From NCBI GenBank assembly GCA_944391745.1, contig CALXUS010000001.1:81425-145424 (forward strand): 64,000 bases of DNA, in the 5' to 3' direction. This stretch comes from an uncultured Clostridia bacterium. GTDB lineage: Bacteria > Bacillota > Clostridia > TANB77 > CAG-508. Below, in pieces: positions 32,369 through 43,407 of the stretch (position 1 is its first letter; every line of letters begins with the position of its first letter). The notes beneath the pieces are model-generated. The model worked only from the letters and a program-made list of their open reading frames with translations, was not told the DNA's origin and did not search any database. Both the position numbers and the translations under genes were made by a program.

Positions 32369-33070
32369 TTACATATCATCTTCATTTTCATTATTTTGAA
32401 TATTAGAATTGTTTTGATTGTCGTTCAAATCTTGATTTTGCTGTTTTTTCTTTTTAGATGTATTTTTCGTTGTGTTCTTATTTTCATCTTGAACTTTTTT
32501 TGAATTGTTTTCGTCTTTATATTCATTTTCTTCTTCTTTTAATACATCTGATTCTAATTTTTTATCATAGCAAATGTTATCACAATGACCACATTCACCA
32601 TCGCAATAATCATCCCAATCAAGTTCAATTTCTTTATGACATTTTGGACATTCTATAATATCTTTTAAATTTGCCTCCGGACCTATTACAAATTCATAAT
32701 TGCAATAAGGACATTTTATTTCAAAATCATAGTCATCATAACTGATATTTAATTCATTGTCATGCATTTGATCACCTATTTTGTCATAGATGTTCTCTTT
32801 ATCATCTTTCTCTTCATCTTCATCAATATAAATGTCAGCTTCTATTTTCTCTATAGACTTTTGAAGTTTTTCAACCTTATTGTATAAATCTTCATAAGCC
32901 CCATTATTAGTTTCTACATTTTTATTGTTCATGTCTATAAACATCATGCAAACTTCTAAGATTTTGTTTTTTGCAATTTCCAAATCCTTTGGATCTTTAA
33001 TTTCTTTTTCTAGTTCACCTAGAATTTTAGCAAATTTATCTCTTTTATCTATCATAGAATCTCCTTTCAC
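32369..33070 (-). CDS. Hypothetical acidic protein with double CxxC zinc-ribbon motifs and an N/Q/K-rich tail
   Basis: 233 aa. CPYC...CPKC...CDGECGHCDNIC. Confidence 0.5.
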   Translation of the reverse strand: MKGDSMIDKRDKFAKILGELEKEIKDPKDLEIAKNKILEVCMMFIDMNNKNVETNNGAYEDLYNKVEKLQKSIEKIEADIYIDEDEEKDDKENIYDKIGDQMHDNELNISYDDYDFEIKCPYCNYEFVIGPEANLKDIIECPKCHKEIELDWDDYCDGECGHCDNICYDKKLESDVLKEEENEYKDENNSKKVQDENKNTTKNTSKKKKQQNQDLNDNQNNSNIQNNENEDDM

Positions 33071-33073
33071 ATA

Positions 33074-33640
33074 CTAAATTCTTTCCATGTATTCACCAGT
33101 TCTAGTATCTACTCTGATTATATCTCCTATATTTACAAACATTGGAACTGTTAATTCATAACCATTTTCAAGTGTTGCTGGTTTTCCAGATGTTGTTGCT
33201 GTATTTCCAGAAAATCCTGGTTCTGTATATGTAACTTCTAATTCTACGAATATTGGTGGTTCTATTGAAAATACTTTTCCTTTATATGATAATACCTTTA
33301 CATTCATATTTTCCTTTAAGAACTTTAAGCTATCTCCTAATTGTTCTTTATTTAAAGGAATTTGTTCGTAAGTTTCGTTATCCATAAAGTAATATAATCC
33401 ACTGTCTTCATATAAGTATTGCATTTCTTTCTTTTCAATTTCTGCTGCTGAAAATTTCTCTGATGGGTTAAATGTTTTTTCTAGAACACTTCCTGTTATA
33501 ACATTTTTTATTTTTGTTCTAACGAATGCTGATCCTTTTCCTGGTTTTACGTGTTGAAATTCAACAACTCTATAAACATTTCCATCCATTTCAAATGTTG
33601 TTCCATTTCTAAAATCTCCTGCTGAATATACTGTTGCCAT
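33074..33640 (-). CDS. efp: Elongation factor P
   Basis: 188 aa, canonical EF-P. Confidence 0.95.
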   Translation of the reverse strand: MATVYSAGDFRNGTTFEMDGNVYRVVEFQHVKPGKGSAFVRTKIKNVITGSVLEKTFNPSEKFSAAEIEKKEMQYLYEDSGLYYFMDNETYEQIPLNKEQLGDSLKFLKENMNVKVLSYKGKVFSIEPPIFVELEVTYTEPGFSGNTATTSGKPATLENGYELTVPMFVNIGDIIRVDTRTGEYMERI

Positions 33641-33849
33641 TATTATTCCCCCTTAATAAAATTTTATTCATAAACATATAATTTATTTTACACTACTTTT
33701 GCCTAAAAATCAAGCTTTTATGTAAATTTATTCGTTATTATTATTTTTTATGCCATGCAAATGTTTTTATTGCATATCATAAAAATAAACCCTTATTATC
33801 ATTTTTTCTAATAACTAGGGTTCATTTACTATTATTTTTAACTAAGTTA

Positions 33850-34266
33850 TTATTTTTTATTTATATAACTTTCTAAAATATAAACTGCCGAAATAGTATC
33901 TACTATTTGTTTTTTCTTTTTATTGTTTATATTTAATAGATTCATTGTTTTATGGGCCTCTACTGTTGTTAATCTTTCATCAATCTTTACAATTTGAATT
34001 TTATTAAATCTAGATTTTAATTTATGTATGAATGCTTCAGTTTCTAGTGATCTTTGACTTTGCGTTCCATCCATATTTAAGGGATTACCTATTACAAATG
34101 TATCAATATTATATTGTTCAACTATTTCAGCTAAGCGTCTCAATATAATTTTATCATTTCCATTTGAATTAATAGTTTCTAATCCTTGTGCTGTTATGCC
34201 CAATTCATCTGTTATGGCAATACCAGTTCTTGATACTCCATAATCTATTCCTAATTTTCTACTCAT
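33850..34266 (-). CDS. ruvX: Holliday-junction resolvase-like RuvX/YqgF
   Basis: 138 aa. [16 protein letters not shown]. Confidence 0.9.
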   Translation of the reverse strand: MSRKLGIDYGVSRTGIAITDELGITAQGLETINSNGNDKIILRRLAEIVEQYNIDTFVIGNPLNMDGTQSQRSLETEAFIHKLKSRFNKIQIVKIDERLTTVEAHKTMNLLNINNKKKKQIVDTISAVYILESYINKK

Positions 34267-34507
34267 CTATATATTCCTTAACCATTTTTTCTAATAATTC
34301 GTCTCTTTCGATTTGTCTAATTAAATTTCTAGCTCCTTTATGGCTAGTTATATAAGTTGGGTCTCCTGAAAGTATATATCCAACAATTTGATTTATTGGA
34401 TTATATCCTTTTTCTTTTAAAGCCTCATATACTTCTTTTAATATTTCTTTAGCTTTTGTGTTTTGCTCTTTTTCAACATCAAATCTCATTGTTTCATCCA
34501 TATTCAT
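34259..34507 (-). CDS. UPF0297 / IreB-family small regulatory protein
   Basis: 82 aa. Conserved upstream partner of ruvX. Confidence 0.8.
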   Translation of the reverse strand: MNMDETMRFDVEKEQNTKAKEILKEVYEALKEKGYNPINQIVGYILSGDPTYITSHKGARNLIRQIERDELLEKMVKEYIDE

Positions 34508-34535
34508 AGAAAGAATCCTCCTTTTGTATAAAATT

Positions 34536-35627
34536 CTAAATAACTTTTATTGTATTTTCATTTGATGAATCTATGTATTGTTCTAGTTTTTTGAAAGCTC
34601 CATCTAAAGCTGTTCCTTTATAGTATGTTGAAATAACTACTCTTATTTTTGGACTTACTATAACCTCTTCTTCATCACTATGTATATAATCAGATTGAGC
34701 AGTTATATCTAAATTTTCCATTTTTGTTTTTAAATCATTCATAAATGTCATTACGCCATCTTTATCTGCTCCTGAAAATACAATTGCAAATTTTGGTCCC
34801 ATGTATCTAACAAATATATATTCTTTTGATAGATTATTTTTTACAAAATTTGAAATAGTAGTTATTGTAGCATCTCCTGTTTTTCTGCTAACTTGAGTAT
34901 TTATTTCTGGTAAATTAACTATTTTGAAAAGGCATATAGCAGAAGTTGTGTATTTATCTATTGTTTTCTTGCCTTCTCCATATAAATACTCTGCAGATTT
35001 TAAACCTGAATATAAATCATTTCTAACTATATTCTCTATAGTAGCCTGGTTTTCAATTGTTTTTAAAATAGTAACTATATTATTTCTTACTACTTCAAGA
35101 ATTGTAGTATCAATATGATCAAATTCATGTGGCATACTACCTTCAATAATCCAATATCCTATATATACATTATCTACATAAAGAGGAAAGAACATTGCAC
35201 ATTTTGCCCTTCCGAATTCCATTTTCTGATATGGTAGTTTTTCATTTTCATTTTCTACAGTAACATATTTAGGTGTAGCTGTTTTTATACTATCACTGAA
35301 AACAGGATCATTTTGTAAACTTTTAAGAGCATCCCAATGCTTTTTATCTACATTAGAGGCTTTTACAACATATTCAGCGCCATCAAATACTACTATGGTA
35401 GAGTATTTAATTGAATATTTGCTTATTAGTATATCATTTATTGTTTCAAGCTTTTCTTGAATTGTACTATTTTCACCTAATGTTTTCATAAATTCTTGTA
35501 AAACATTTAAACTTGTTATTCTTTGATTTAGGTTACTATATGTTTCTATTTTCTTGTGTACTGAATAGTTGTAAACAATTAATGTTAAAACAATAATAAC
35601 TAATACTGTTATAACACCTATTATCAC
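34536..35627 (-). CDS. N-terminally membrane-anchored protein, possibly with a degenerate GGDEF-like domain
   Basis: 363 aa. Single [13 protein letters not shown] resembles a degenerate GG(D/E)EF. Confidence 0.4.
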   Translation of the reverse strand: MIIGVITVLVIIVLTLIVYNYSVHKKIETYSNLNQRITSLNVLQEFMKTLGENSTIQEKLETINDILISKYSIKYSTIVVFDGAEYVVKASNVDKKHWDALKSLQNDPVFSDSIKTATPKYVTVENENEKLPYQKMEFGRAKCAMFFPLYVDNVYIGYWIIEGSMPHEFDHIDTTILEVVRNNIVTILKTIENQATIENIVRNDLYSGLKSAEYLYGEGKKTIDKYTTSAICLFKIVNLPEINTQVSRKTGDATITTISNFVKNNLSKEYIFVRYMGPKFAIVFSGADKDGVMTFMNDLKTKMENLDITAQSDYIHSDEEEVIVSPKIRVVISTYYKGTALDGAFKKLEQYIDSSNENTIKVI

Positions 35628-35647
35628 TATTTATCACCTCTTTATCT

Positions 35648-38600
35648 TTAATAGTTTGCTCTCATTTTATTTAAAGTTCCATTTACTCCTGATGAAAATT
35701 GTGTTTTTGATTGCTTTTTACTTTTTCCTCTAAATAATCCTCTTTTTTCCGCCTTTTCATAGTTTGGCGAATAATTATTATAATTACTTGATCCTGGTAA
35801 TAATGGATAAACCATACTTGCTAATTTTTCTAGACTATTTAAGAACTCCTGTGAATAACCATTTAATGAAACCTGACATAATGCTATAGCTTCCAAATAT
35901 CTTGCATAAGTCTGCATTTCAAATGGTATTGTTGTGTATTTTATATTATTAGGATCAAATAAGTCTCTTTGTAAAGTCATAGATGGTTCATTATATTTTG
36001 CCATTCCACCTAAAATCATTTTATTATTAACTAATTTTAGTTTCATTTCTTTGTTAATTACTACTCTTAATTTAGATTCATCTAAAGCATTTTTCATTTT
36101 TAATTCGCTTAAAAATTGTGTAAGTGGTTGAATTGTAAGCGCATCCATTGATTGTACTAAATATATTTCTGTAGCTTTAACAAAATAATTTATATCTGTA
36201 TTAAAATCACAATCTATTAATACTGCAGAAAAATTATTATCCAATGTTTGTAATACAGATTCAAAGTTTTCATCATCATTTATCTCTTCTGGAACTGATG
36301 TAAATACTGTTAAATTTTTATTTACTTGTACGCCTTCTGCATTTCCTCTAGCAAGATTACTTATACTTTGTCTTGCAAGATCCATTAATTTTTGATCATT
36401 ATCTGTAAACATATAATACGAATTCTTATTTTTTGTTAAATCAAGTATCGCTGTTTTTATACCTTTTTGAGATAAAAGCTCAGCTAAGTTATTTACGATA
36501 AATGATGTACCATTTTTTGTAGTTCCTACAAATGCAACAATTTTATTTTGTGCTATAAAATTACTTGGAATTACATTATTTCGTTGTCTTGTTCTAGTTA
36601 AATCTTGTGTTTCTCCTCCGACATTAAATAAATCATTGTTAAATTGTGGTGTTTGACTATAAGCCATTCCAAATCCATTTTGATTTTCACTTTCATTATT
36701 TACTTCTGGTGTGTAATTTTGTTGTGCATTATTAAATTGATTTTCATTATTTAATTCATTTCCATAAGGTAAATTTGCATCATTCTCATAAGGTGTTTGT
36801 TCTTTTTCATTTTCAAAAGATGTTGATTGAAAAGGATTTACATTATAAGAATCTGATTGCATTGTATTTACATCATAAGGATTTGATTGCATAGAACTAA
36901 CTTCATAAGGACTTGTTGGTTGATTATTATTTACTTCACTATGATTCATTTCGTTTGTTGCATTATTAAATGTATCATAAGGATTTACTGGCGAATTATT
37001 TAAGTCATTATTTATATAATTTTGTTGAGTTCCATTTACTGGATCTTGTTCTTGTATTGTACTTGATGTATTATCATCAGCCATTCCAAATAAGTTAAAA
37101 TCATCATTTGAATTTCCAGCTTGATTATTAGTATTATTATTTAATGTATTAGCTGTATTATTTATAGTATTTGTATCATGAGGATTTACTTGATTATTTT
37201 CAACATTTGGACTTACATTATTTGTTTCATATTGACTTGTTTGAGTTGGTTCATTTCCTAAATCAAATAAATTAAATGTATCATTATTTGATGTTTGTCC
37301 ATTTTGAATTTCAGTATTTTGACTATTTGCATTTGGAATTTCAACATTTTGAGCTGGTATATTTTCTGTAGTATTTAAAACATTTTGTGGCATTGTTTCC
37401 ACTGAAGTTGATGCATTTTCCAAATCGCTTGCAATAACATTTGTATTTTTTCTTGGTCTTCCTCTTCCTCTTTTTGGTTGCTGAGGAACGGCTTCTTCAT
37501 TTGTAACAATTTTTCTTGGTCTTCCTCTTTTTCTAGGTTGAGGTTCTACTACTGGGTTTTGTATAGTAGGTGCTTGACTTTCATTATTGTTATTTAGAGT
37601 TGTATTTTCACTTACCCCCATTGGTTCTACTTTGAACATATCTTGTGGTTGTGCATTATTCATTATATTATCTTGATATACACTTTGATTTTGCATTCCC
37701 ATTGGTTCTGGATTATATACTTCTTGTGGTTGTACATTATTCATTGTATTGTCTTGATATACATTTTGATTTTGCATTCCAACTGGTTCTGGATTGTATA
37801 CTTCTTGTGGTTGTACATTATTCATTGTATTATCTTGATATACATTTTGATTTTGCATTCCCATTGGTTCTGGGTTATATACTTCTTGTGGTTGTACATT
37901 ATTCATTGTATTATCTTGATATACACTTTGATTTTGCATTCCAACTGGTTCTGGATTGTATACTTCTTGTGGTTGTACATTATTCATTGTGTTATCTTGA
38001 TATACACTTTGATTTTGCATTCCCATTGGTTCTGGTTGATATATATTTTGTGAATTTGACATATTCATTGTTGGTTTTGAAAAATAGTTATTATTTGAAT
38101 TAATGCTAGTTTCTCCGTAAGAATTCAATGGCTGTATGTTGCTATTTTCTTGGTTATTATAATTATTATTCATTATATTTGAATTTCTATTATTATTTTG
38201 ATTAACCGCTGGTGCAACTGTTTGAGCAGTAGTTATATCCATTGTTGATGGTATAATAACTTGTCCTTTTATTGTTGGCTTTTCTATATCTACAGTTAAT
38301 ATGTCCCTCTTTGAAGAAGGCTTATTATTTGTTGGACTATAAGGTTTATATTGTCCATTTGAAAGCACTGTTCCTCCATTAACTAATTTTTGATATTTTT
38401 CTGATTTTTTTTCTAACACATTTTTTACATTGTTAGGTAAAAATTTAATGATTATTCTTAATTGTGTATCATTATATTGACTAGCTATACTGTCAAAACT
38501 TTCAACATACTTTTTCTCATTATTTCCTAATTTTTTATAATGTGATAATATATTTTTTATCTCATTTTCACTAACTTCTGATTCATTTCCTGGCTCATAA

Positions 38601-39067
38601 TTTACTTCATCTGAACCTATTTTATAGTAACTTTTTGCTTCTTTTTTGCTTCTAGGTTTATAAATCAAATTACATACAGTTTCAACATTTCTATCATTAC
38701 CTAATAAAGCATTATAAATACCTATTCCAAATAATTTAACTAGTAATTGATCTGATTTTGTTCTACGATCAGAACAAATTAAAATAATTGGAATATCTTC
38801 TCCTGTTGTTTTATAAGCTTCATCACTTATATTATCTAATTTATCAAATAAAAATTTATCTATAGAATCATAATTATTATTTGATATTGGTTCTAAATCT
38901 TCTCCTATTACTATTGCATCATAAGTTTTATCCTTTTGTAGTTCTTTTATTATTGCATTAAAGTAATAAACATTTTTGCTTGTTATTATCTCCTTATATT
39001 TTTCAGAATATTTTTTTATTATCAATGATGATTGATTATCATTACTTACTGCAAATAAAACTTTCAT
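35648..39067 (-). CDS. Giant (1139 aa) TadZ/CpaE-like protein: N-terminal receiver-like domain, a roughly 600-aa N/Q/P-rich low-complexity region with 29-aa tandem repeats and two AT-hook motifs (RGRPRK), and a C-terminal ParA/MinD-like ATPase domain with a deviant P-loop
   Basis: C-terminal IVAFVGTTKNGTSFIVNNLAELLSQKGIKTAILDL ... AVLIDCD. AT-hooks PRKRGRPRKIV and KRGRGRPRKN. Confidence 0.6.
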   Translation of the reverse strand: MKVLFAVSNDNQSSLIIKKYSEKYKEIITSKNVYYFNAIIKELQKDKTYDAIVIGEDLEPISNNNYDSIDKFLFDKLDNISDEAYKTTGEDIPIILICSDRRTKSDQLLVKLFGIGIYNALLGNDRNVETVCNLIYKPRSKKEAKSYYKIGSDEVNYEPGNESEVSENEIKNILSHYKKLGNNEKKYVESFDSIASQYNDTQLRIIIKFLPNNVKNVLEKKSEKYQKLVNGGTVLSNGQYKPYSPTNNKPSSKRDILTVDIEKPTIKGQVIIPSTMDITTAQTVAPAVNQNNNRNSNIMNNNYNNQENSNIQPLNSYGETSINSNNNYFSKPTMNMSNSQNIYQPEPMGMQNQSVYQDNTMNNVQPQEVYNPEPVGMQNQSVYQDNTMNNVQPQEVYNPEPMGMQNQNVYQDNTMNNVQPQEVYNPEPVGMQNQNVYQDNTMNNVQPQEVYNPEPMGMQNQSVYQDNIMNNAQPQDMFKVEPMGVSENTTLNNNNESQAPTIQNPVVEPQPRKRGRPRKIVTNEEAVPQQPKRGRGRPRKNTNVIASDLENASTSVETMPQNVLNTTENIPAQNVEIPNANSQNTEIQNGQTSNNDTFNLFDLGNEPTQTSQYETNNVSPNVENNQVNPHDTNTINNTANTLNNNTNNQAGNSNDDFNLFGMADDNTSSTIQEQDPVNGTQQNYINNDLNNSPVNPYDTFNNATNEMNHSEVNNNQPTSPYEVSSMQSNPYDVNTMQSDSYNVNPFQSTSFENEKEQTPYENDANLPYGNELNNENQFNNAQQNYTPEVNNESENQNGFGMAYSQTPQFNNDLFNVGGETQDLTRTRQRNNVIPSNFIAQNKIVAFVGTTKNGTSFIVNNLAELLSQKGIKTAILDLTKNKNSYYMFTDNDQKLMDLARQSISNLARGNAEGVQVNKNLTVFTSVPEEINDDENFESVLQTLDNNFSAVLIDCDFNTDINYFVKATEIYLVQSMDALTIQPLTQFLSELKMKNALDESKLRVVINKEMKLKLVNNKMILGGMAKYNEPSMTLQRDLFDPNNIKYTTIPFEMQTYARYLEAIALCQVSLNGYSQEFLNSLEKLASMVYPLLPGSSNYNNYSPNYEKAEKRGLFRGKSKKQSKTQFSSGVNGTLNKMRANY
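37590..38050. repeat. Intragenic 87-bp tandem DNA repeat (about 5 copies) encoding YNPEP(V/M)GMQNQ(S/N)VYQDNTMNNVQPQEV
   Basis: Direct near-identical 87-nt units are visible in the sequence. Confidence 0.8.
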
Positions 39068-39070
39068 TTG

Positions 39071-39481
39071 TTAACCCCTCCAACCTTTGACTACTATTGC
39101 GAAAATAAGTGGTAATACTTGACAAATAATTAACATAGTAACTATACCTATCATCGCGCCAAATCCTTTATCTCTTACATCTAATTTTCTGATACCTATA
39201 ACATATTGGTAGATTGCTGCTATTGCTATTCCTAAAAAAGCTACTGGTATACTAAATACTCTTACTTTATCTAGTATATATGCAACTAATCCATAGGTAG
39301 TACTTCCGTAAGCCTCATTGTAATCTTCTATTGATTGAAGCTCTTTGTCTTTTATTTCTACAAGTTGGCTTTTAGTTTCTTCTGATATAATTTCTCCTTC
39401 CACATTATTATTTGTAGCATAAACACAATTTATACCGATTATACAAATAATAACTGCAAAAGTCACAAGAACTTTTTTCAT
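39071..39481 (-). CDS. Small secreted/membrane protein (signal peptide plus C-terminal TM helices)
   Basis: 136 aa. Translationally coupled to the giant gene. Confidence 0.5.
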   Translation of the reverse strand: MKKVLVTFAVIICIIGINCVYATNNNVEGEIISEETKSQLVEIKDKELQSIEDYNEAYGSTTYGLVAYILDKVRVFSIPVAFLGIAIAAIYQYVIGIRKLDVRDKGFGAMIGIVTMLIICQVLPLIFAIVVKGWRG

Positions 39482-39576
39482 CTTTTTACTCCCTTCATTA
39501 TTATTGCTCTAATGCGATTTTCTATTAATCATTATATATAATAATACACTAATGCTCTTAAAATATCAAGTAAATT

Positions 39577-40815
39577 TTACAATTTATTGTATAAATAAGT
39601 CATCCACTTAAATACTGCATTTGCCCAATTTTTATCAGAAGCATATCTGGTATTTACTGCTGTTAAAGTTGCTCCTTCAAAATATGAACCTGTTGCTATT
39701 TCACCACCATAAATTGGTGTTCCTGGTGGGTTTAAATAATACTTAACAAAAACACGTGCTACTAAGTCTATTCCTTCAGAATAAGATTGAAATGTATTTG
39801 CACAACCAGAAGGATCTCTATCATAAGCTCCATAACCAAATAAGTTCTTTTTATTTTTTGATATTGATGATGTTCCCCATCCACTTTCATGAATTCCTAC
39901 TGCTGCAACAAATATACCATTAATATTATATTGCTGTTCTATGTAATAGAAATACTCTGCATTATCTGCAAATACATGATTAACATCATTAGGGTCATTT
40001 TCTAGAATTTGTTTAAATTGTTCTAATGTTAATCCACTTGGTTTATTTAATAACATACTGAATCCTAAATTTTGTGTAAGCTGTTCTCTAGTATATTGTA
40101 TGTTATTCTCATCTCCGTCTCCTGTACCATTTGGATTTACATATTCTAGATTTTCTGATTTTGCCCAACCTAGTTGATCATTATATGATACATAGTACCA
40201 ATTTCCTTGTTTTGCTTGTAAAATTACTAATTCTCCTTTATTTAAATTAACTATTTCGTTGGAATTATCATCTGGATCAGCTTTGATTGATAAAGTATTT
40301 GAAGTAACTTTTAGCTCATCCCCCACAACTGGGACATAGTTATTTGAATTTGCTGCAGTTCCAACTTGTACTATTTTATCTACTGAAGCTTTAGTTATTT
40401 GTGAAGATATCTGTACTGAAGAAATTAAATTTCCTCCTTCATAAACATTTTTTATTACTGCATTCTGTTTACCATCTACGCCTTCTTGTAATACTTGTAT
40501 TTTTCCTTTTGCAAGAGAATTATTTTCTATATATTGAGTAGTAAATTCTACGTCTATTTCTTGCGTCTCCATAGATTCAACCCTTGTAACTTTTGTATTA
40601 TTTTCTACAATATCATCCACATTTATTTTTTTTCTTTTATCTACAGGAGTAATTGGAATTTCCACTGCAATAACTTTTGATTGTTCATTATTTGATGCGT
40701 AAGATATATTTTTTGTAATATATATACCAAAAATAATAGCTATAACTATTGCTATGGCTATTATTAAAACTAATATATACATCCATAATTTCGACTTTTT
40801 TACCATAATATTCAC
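39577..40815 (-). CDS. Cell-wall hydrolase: TM anchor, G5 domain, SH3b-like domain, and a C-terminal GH73 N-acetylglucosaminidase domain
   Basis: G5 motif KGKIQVLQEGVDGKQ. GH73-like GIFVAAVGIHESGWGTS. Confidence 0.7.
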   Translation of the reverse strand: MNIMVKKSKLWMYILVLIIAIAIVIAIIFGIYITKNISYASNNEQSKVIAVEIPITPVDKRKKINVDDIVENNTKVTRVESMETQEIDVEFTTQYIENNSLAKGKIQVLQEGVDGKQNAVIKNVYEGGNLISSVQISSQITKASVDKIVQVGTAANSNNYVPVVGDELKVTSNTLSIKADPDDNSNEIVNLNKGELVILQAKQGNWYYVSYNDQLGWAKSENLEYVNPNGTGDGDENNIQYTREQLTQNLGFSMLLNKPSGLTLEQFKQILENDPNDVNHVFADNAEYFYYIEQQYNINGIFVAAVGIHESGWGTSSISKNKKNLFGYGAYDRDPSGCANTFQSYSEGIDLVARVFVKYYLNPPGTPIYGGEIATGSYFEGATLTAVNTRYASDKNWANAVFKWMTYLYNKL

Positions 40816-40915
40816 CTAATATTATTGTAATATTAAAGCACTTTTTTGTCAATTCATGTTTTAAAAATGTAATAATTAGTAAAAGTTTTAAATTATGGAT
40901 GTATTATAAATATTT

Positions 40916-41644
40916 TTATTCTACATCTTTAGATAATTGTTCTAATACATCTAACATTCGGTTCAAACCTGGGAATAATCCATCAATTAGATTGTCATCC
41001 ACATTAACCTTCCATAGAATTCCATCTCTAGTCACATTTAATATTACCTCGTTTTGTGTAGTTTCAACATTTTGCAAACTTTCTTCTAATAGTTGAAAAT
41101 ATTGTTCTTGAGAAATATTATCTTGTTGTTCAATTACTTTAGAAATTTTATCTATCCAATTTAATAAAACTTGTCTATAATCCTTATTTGTAATATCTAC
41201 TGTAACAGTTGCTACAGAATCTTGTATATTTTCATTTTTTATTTCCCATGATAAGTCTGAAAAAAATGCTTTTTCTAGTGTTGACATTTCACTACTATCA
41301 CTATTAAGCGAAGAATCTATTTCTGTTATTAAATTATTATAGTCGACATTTAAATTTGCTATAAATTTATTTCCATTTTTTAGGTTTGAAAGCATTAAAT
41401 TAACCGCAAACTTAGGTGTAATTGCATTATATAAAAATACCAATACTAATAAAATTAGTATTACAATTATAATTAGTGCTACAATTATTTTCTTTCCACT
41501 TTTTTCTTTTTTCACTTTTGCCTTTTGATTTTTATTTGATTTGTCAGTGTTTTTTTCTTTATTATCTTTTTTTAATTCTGACTTATTGCTTGGCTTTTGC
41601 ATCTTCTCATTTTTTCTTTTTGTTTCTTTCTTTTTTTCTTCCAT
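40916..41644 (-). CDS. Hypothetical membrane-anchored protein with a Lys-rich N-terminus
   Basis: 242 aa. Single TM after the basic N-terminus. Confidence 0.5.
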   Translation of the reverse strand: MEEKKKETKRKNEKMQKPSNKSELKKDNKEKNTDKSNKNQKAKVKKEKSGKKIIVALIIIVILILLVLVFLYNAITPKFAVNLMLSNLKNGNKFIANLNVDYNNLITEIDSSLNSDSSEMSTLEKAFFSDLSWEIKNENIQDSVATVTVDITNKDYRQVLLNWIDKISKVIEQQDNISQEQYFQLLEESLQNVETTQNEVILNVTRDGILWKVNVDDNLIDGLFPGLNRMLDVLEQLSKDVE

Positions 41645-41709
41645 ATTCTTACCTCATCATTTTTTATTTTATAATATACTATTAAAATTTTTATTTCAAG
41701 TATTTCAAT

Positions 41710-42258
41710 TTATTTATTTAATAATATTTTTATTGCTATTATTATTAATATTATTCCACCTAAGACCTGTGAAATTTTTCTATATTTTTCTCCAAAAACA
41801 TTTCCTATTTTTACCCCTAAAATGGATAAAGAAAAGGTTATTATTCCTATTGAGGTAATTGATATTAGTAATTTTTCTTTTAAACAAGCTATAGAAATTC
41901 CCACTGCTAATGCATCAATACTCGTTGCTAAAGCAAGAATACTCATTGTTTTAAAATCTACATTTTCATTTGAATCTTCTTCTTCATTTTTTATTGTTTC
42001 TTTAATCATATTAATTCCTATTGCAAATATAAGAAAAAAAGCTATATAATTAGCTATTTTTTCTATAGTTTTGTAAAAATGATTACCTAGTAAGTATCCT
42101 ATAACTGGCATTAATGCTTGGAAAATTCCAAAATATAAAGCAATAATTAATGCTTTTTTCCAATTCATCTTAGTCATAGATAAGCCTTTACATATTGATA
42201 CTGCAAAAGCATCCATGCCTAATCCAATACTCATAAATATAATTTCGGTAAATCCCAT
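41710..42258 (-). CDS. mntP: Manganese efflux pump MntP
   Basis: 182 aa. Duplicated DUF204 halves (GLGMDAFAVS / SIDALAVG). Confidence 0.85.
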   Translation of the reverse strand: MGFTEIIFMSIGLGMDAFAVSICKGLSMTKMNWKKALIIALYFGIFQALMPVIGYLLGNHFYKTIEKIANYIAFFLIFAIGINMIKETIKNEEEDSNENVDFKTMSILALATSIDALAVGISIACLKEKLLISITSIGIITFSLSILGVKIGNVFGEKYRKISQVLGGIILIIIAIKILLNK

Positions 42259-42352
42259 ATTATTTCTCCACTATTTCTAATATTTCTTTAGTGACTTACC
42301 TATTTATTCATTTAGTATTTTGAAAAATGACTATTAATTATTGCTTTTATTT

Positions 42353-43192
42353 TTAAAGAATTCCAAGTAATATAATGACAATTATTCCTAATGCTATTCT
42401 ATACCAGCCAAATACTTTGAAATCGTGTTTCTTTATATAACTCATTAAGAATTTGATTACAAAAATAGATACTAAAAATGCAACTATCATTCCTATTAAT
42501 AAAACAGCTAATTCCATTCCTGTAAAACTTAAACCAAATTTCAATATTTTTAATAAACTTGCTCCAAACATTACTGGTATTGCTAAGAAAAATGTATATT
42601 CTGCAGCTACTGTTCTAGAAATACCTATTAATAATGCTCCAATTATTGTTGCACCTGAACGAGATGTACCTGGAAATATTGCAGCAATTAATTGAAATAA
42701 ACCTATAATTAAGGCATCTTTATATGTTAATTTATTTATATCATCTACTCTAGGTTTCATATTTTTCTTTTTATTTTCTATGACGATAAATGCAATACCT
42801 ACTAAAATAAGCATTGTTGCTACTACATAAGAATTATATAAATATTCATTTAGTATATCATCAAATAACAAGCCAACAATTGCTGCAGGTATACATGCTA
42901 CTAAAATTTTTGCCCACAAAATTAATATATTCTTATCCCATACAATTTTTGATCCTCCATGCTTACTTTTATGCATTTTTAAAGGCCAAATATTTTTAAA
43001 ATATAATACAACAACGGCTAAAATTGCACCTAATTGTATTACTACTTCAAACATATCAAAAAAGCCTTCAGATAATCCTTCAAATTTCAAAAAGTTTTCT
43101 GCTAATATAAGGTGACCTGTGCTGCTTATAGGTAACCACTCTGTTATTCCTTCAATAATTCCATATATTATTGAGTATAAAATATTTAACAT
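42353..43192 (-). CDS. uppP: Undecaprenyl-diphosphatase
   Basis: 279 aa. EWLPISSTGHL motif. Confidence 0.9.
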   Translation of the reverse strand: MLNILYSIIYGIIEGITEWLPISSTGHLILAENFLKFEGLSEGFFDMFEVVIQLGAILAVVVLYFKNIWPLKMHKSKHGGSKIVWDKNILILWAKILVACIPAAIVGLLFDDILNEYLYNSYVVATMLILVGIAFIVIENKKKNMKPRVDDINKLTYKDALIIGLFQLIAAIFPGTSRSGATIIGALLIGISRTVAAEYTFFLAIPVMFGASLLKILKFGLSFTGMELAVLLIGMIVAFLVSIFVIKFLMSYIKKHDFKVFGWYRIALGIIVIILLGIL

Positions 43193-43407
43193 TTTGCTCC
43201 TCCTAATATTGTTTTTTTTACTTATACAATCTTTTTATCCACATTTTATTCACATAAGTTTAATGATATTCAGATTTTGTATAAATTAATTGACATTGAA
43301 AATTATAACATTATGATTATACTATTGTAAATATTTTTTTATAATGTTATAATTTTTATAAACTTATGAATAATTAAAGTTAGTATGCGAAAGGAATTGA
43401 TTTAATT

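Noticed and set aside
37643-38103. Two overlapping plus-strand ORFs with perfectly periodic HYSLYYLDIHFDFAF... translations
   Set aside because: They are the antisense reading of the 87-bp tandem repeat inside the giant minus-strand gene, not genes.
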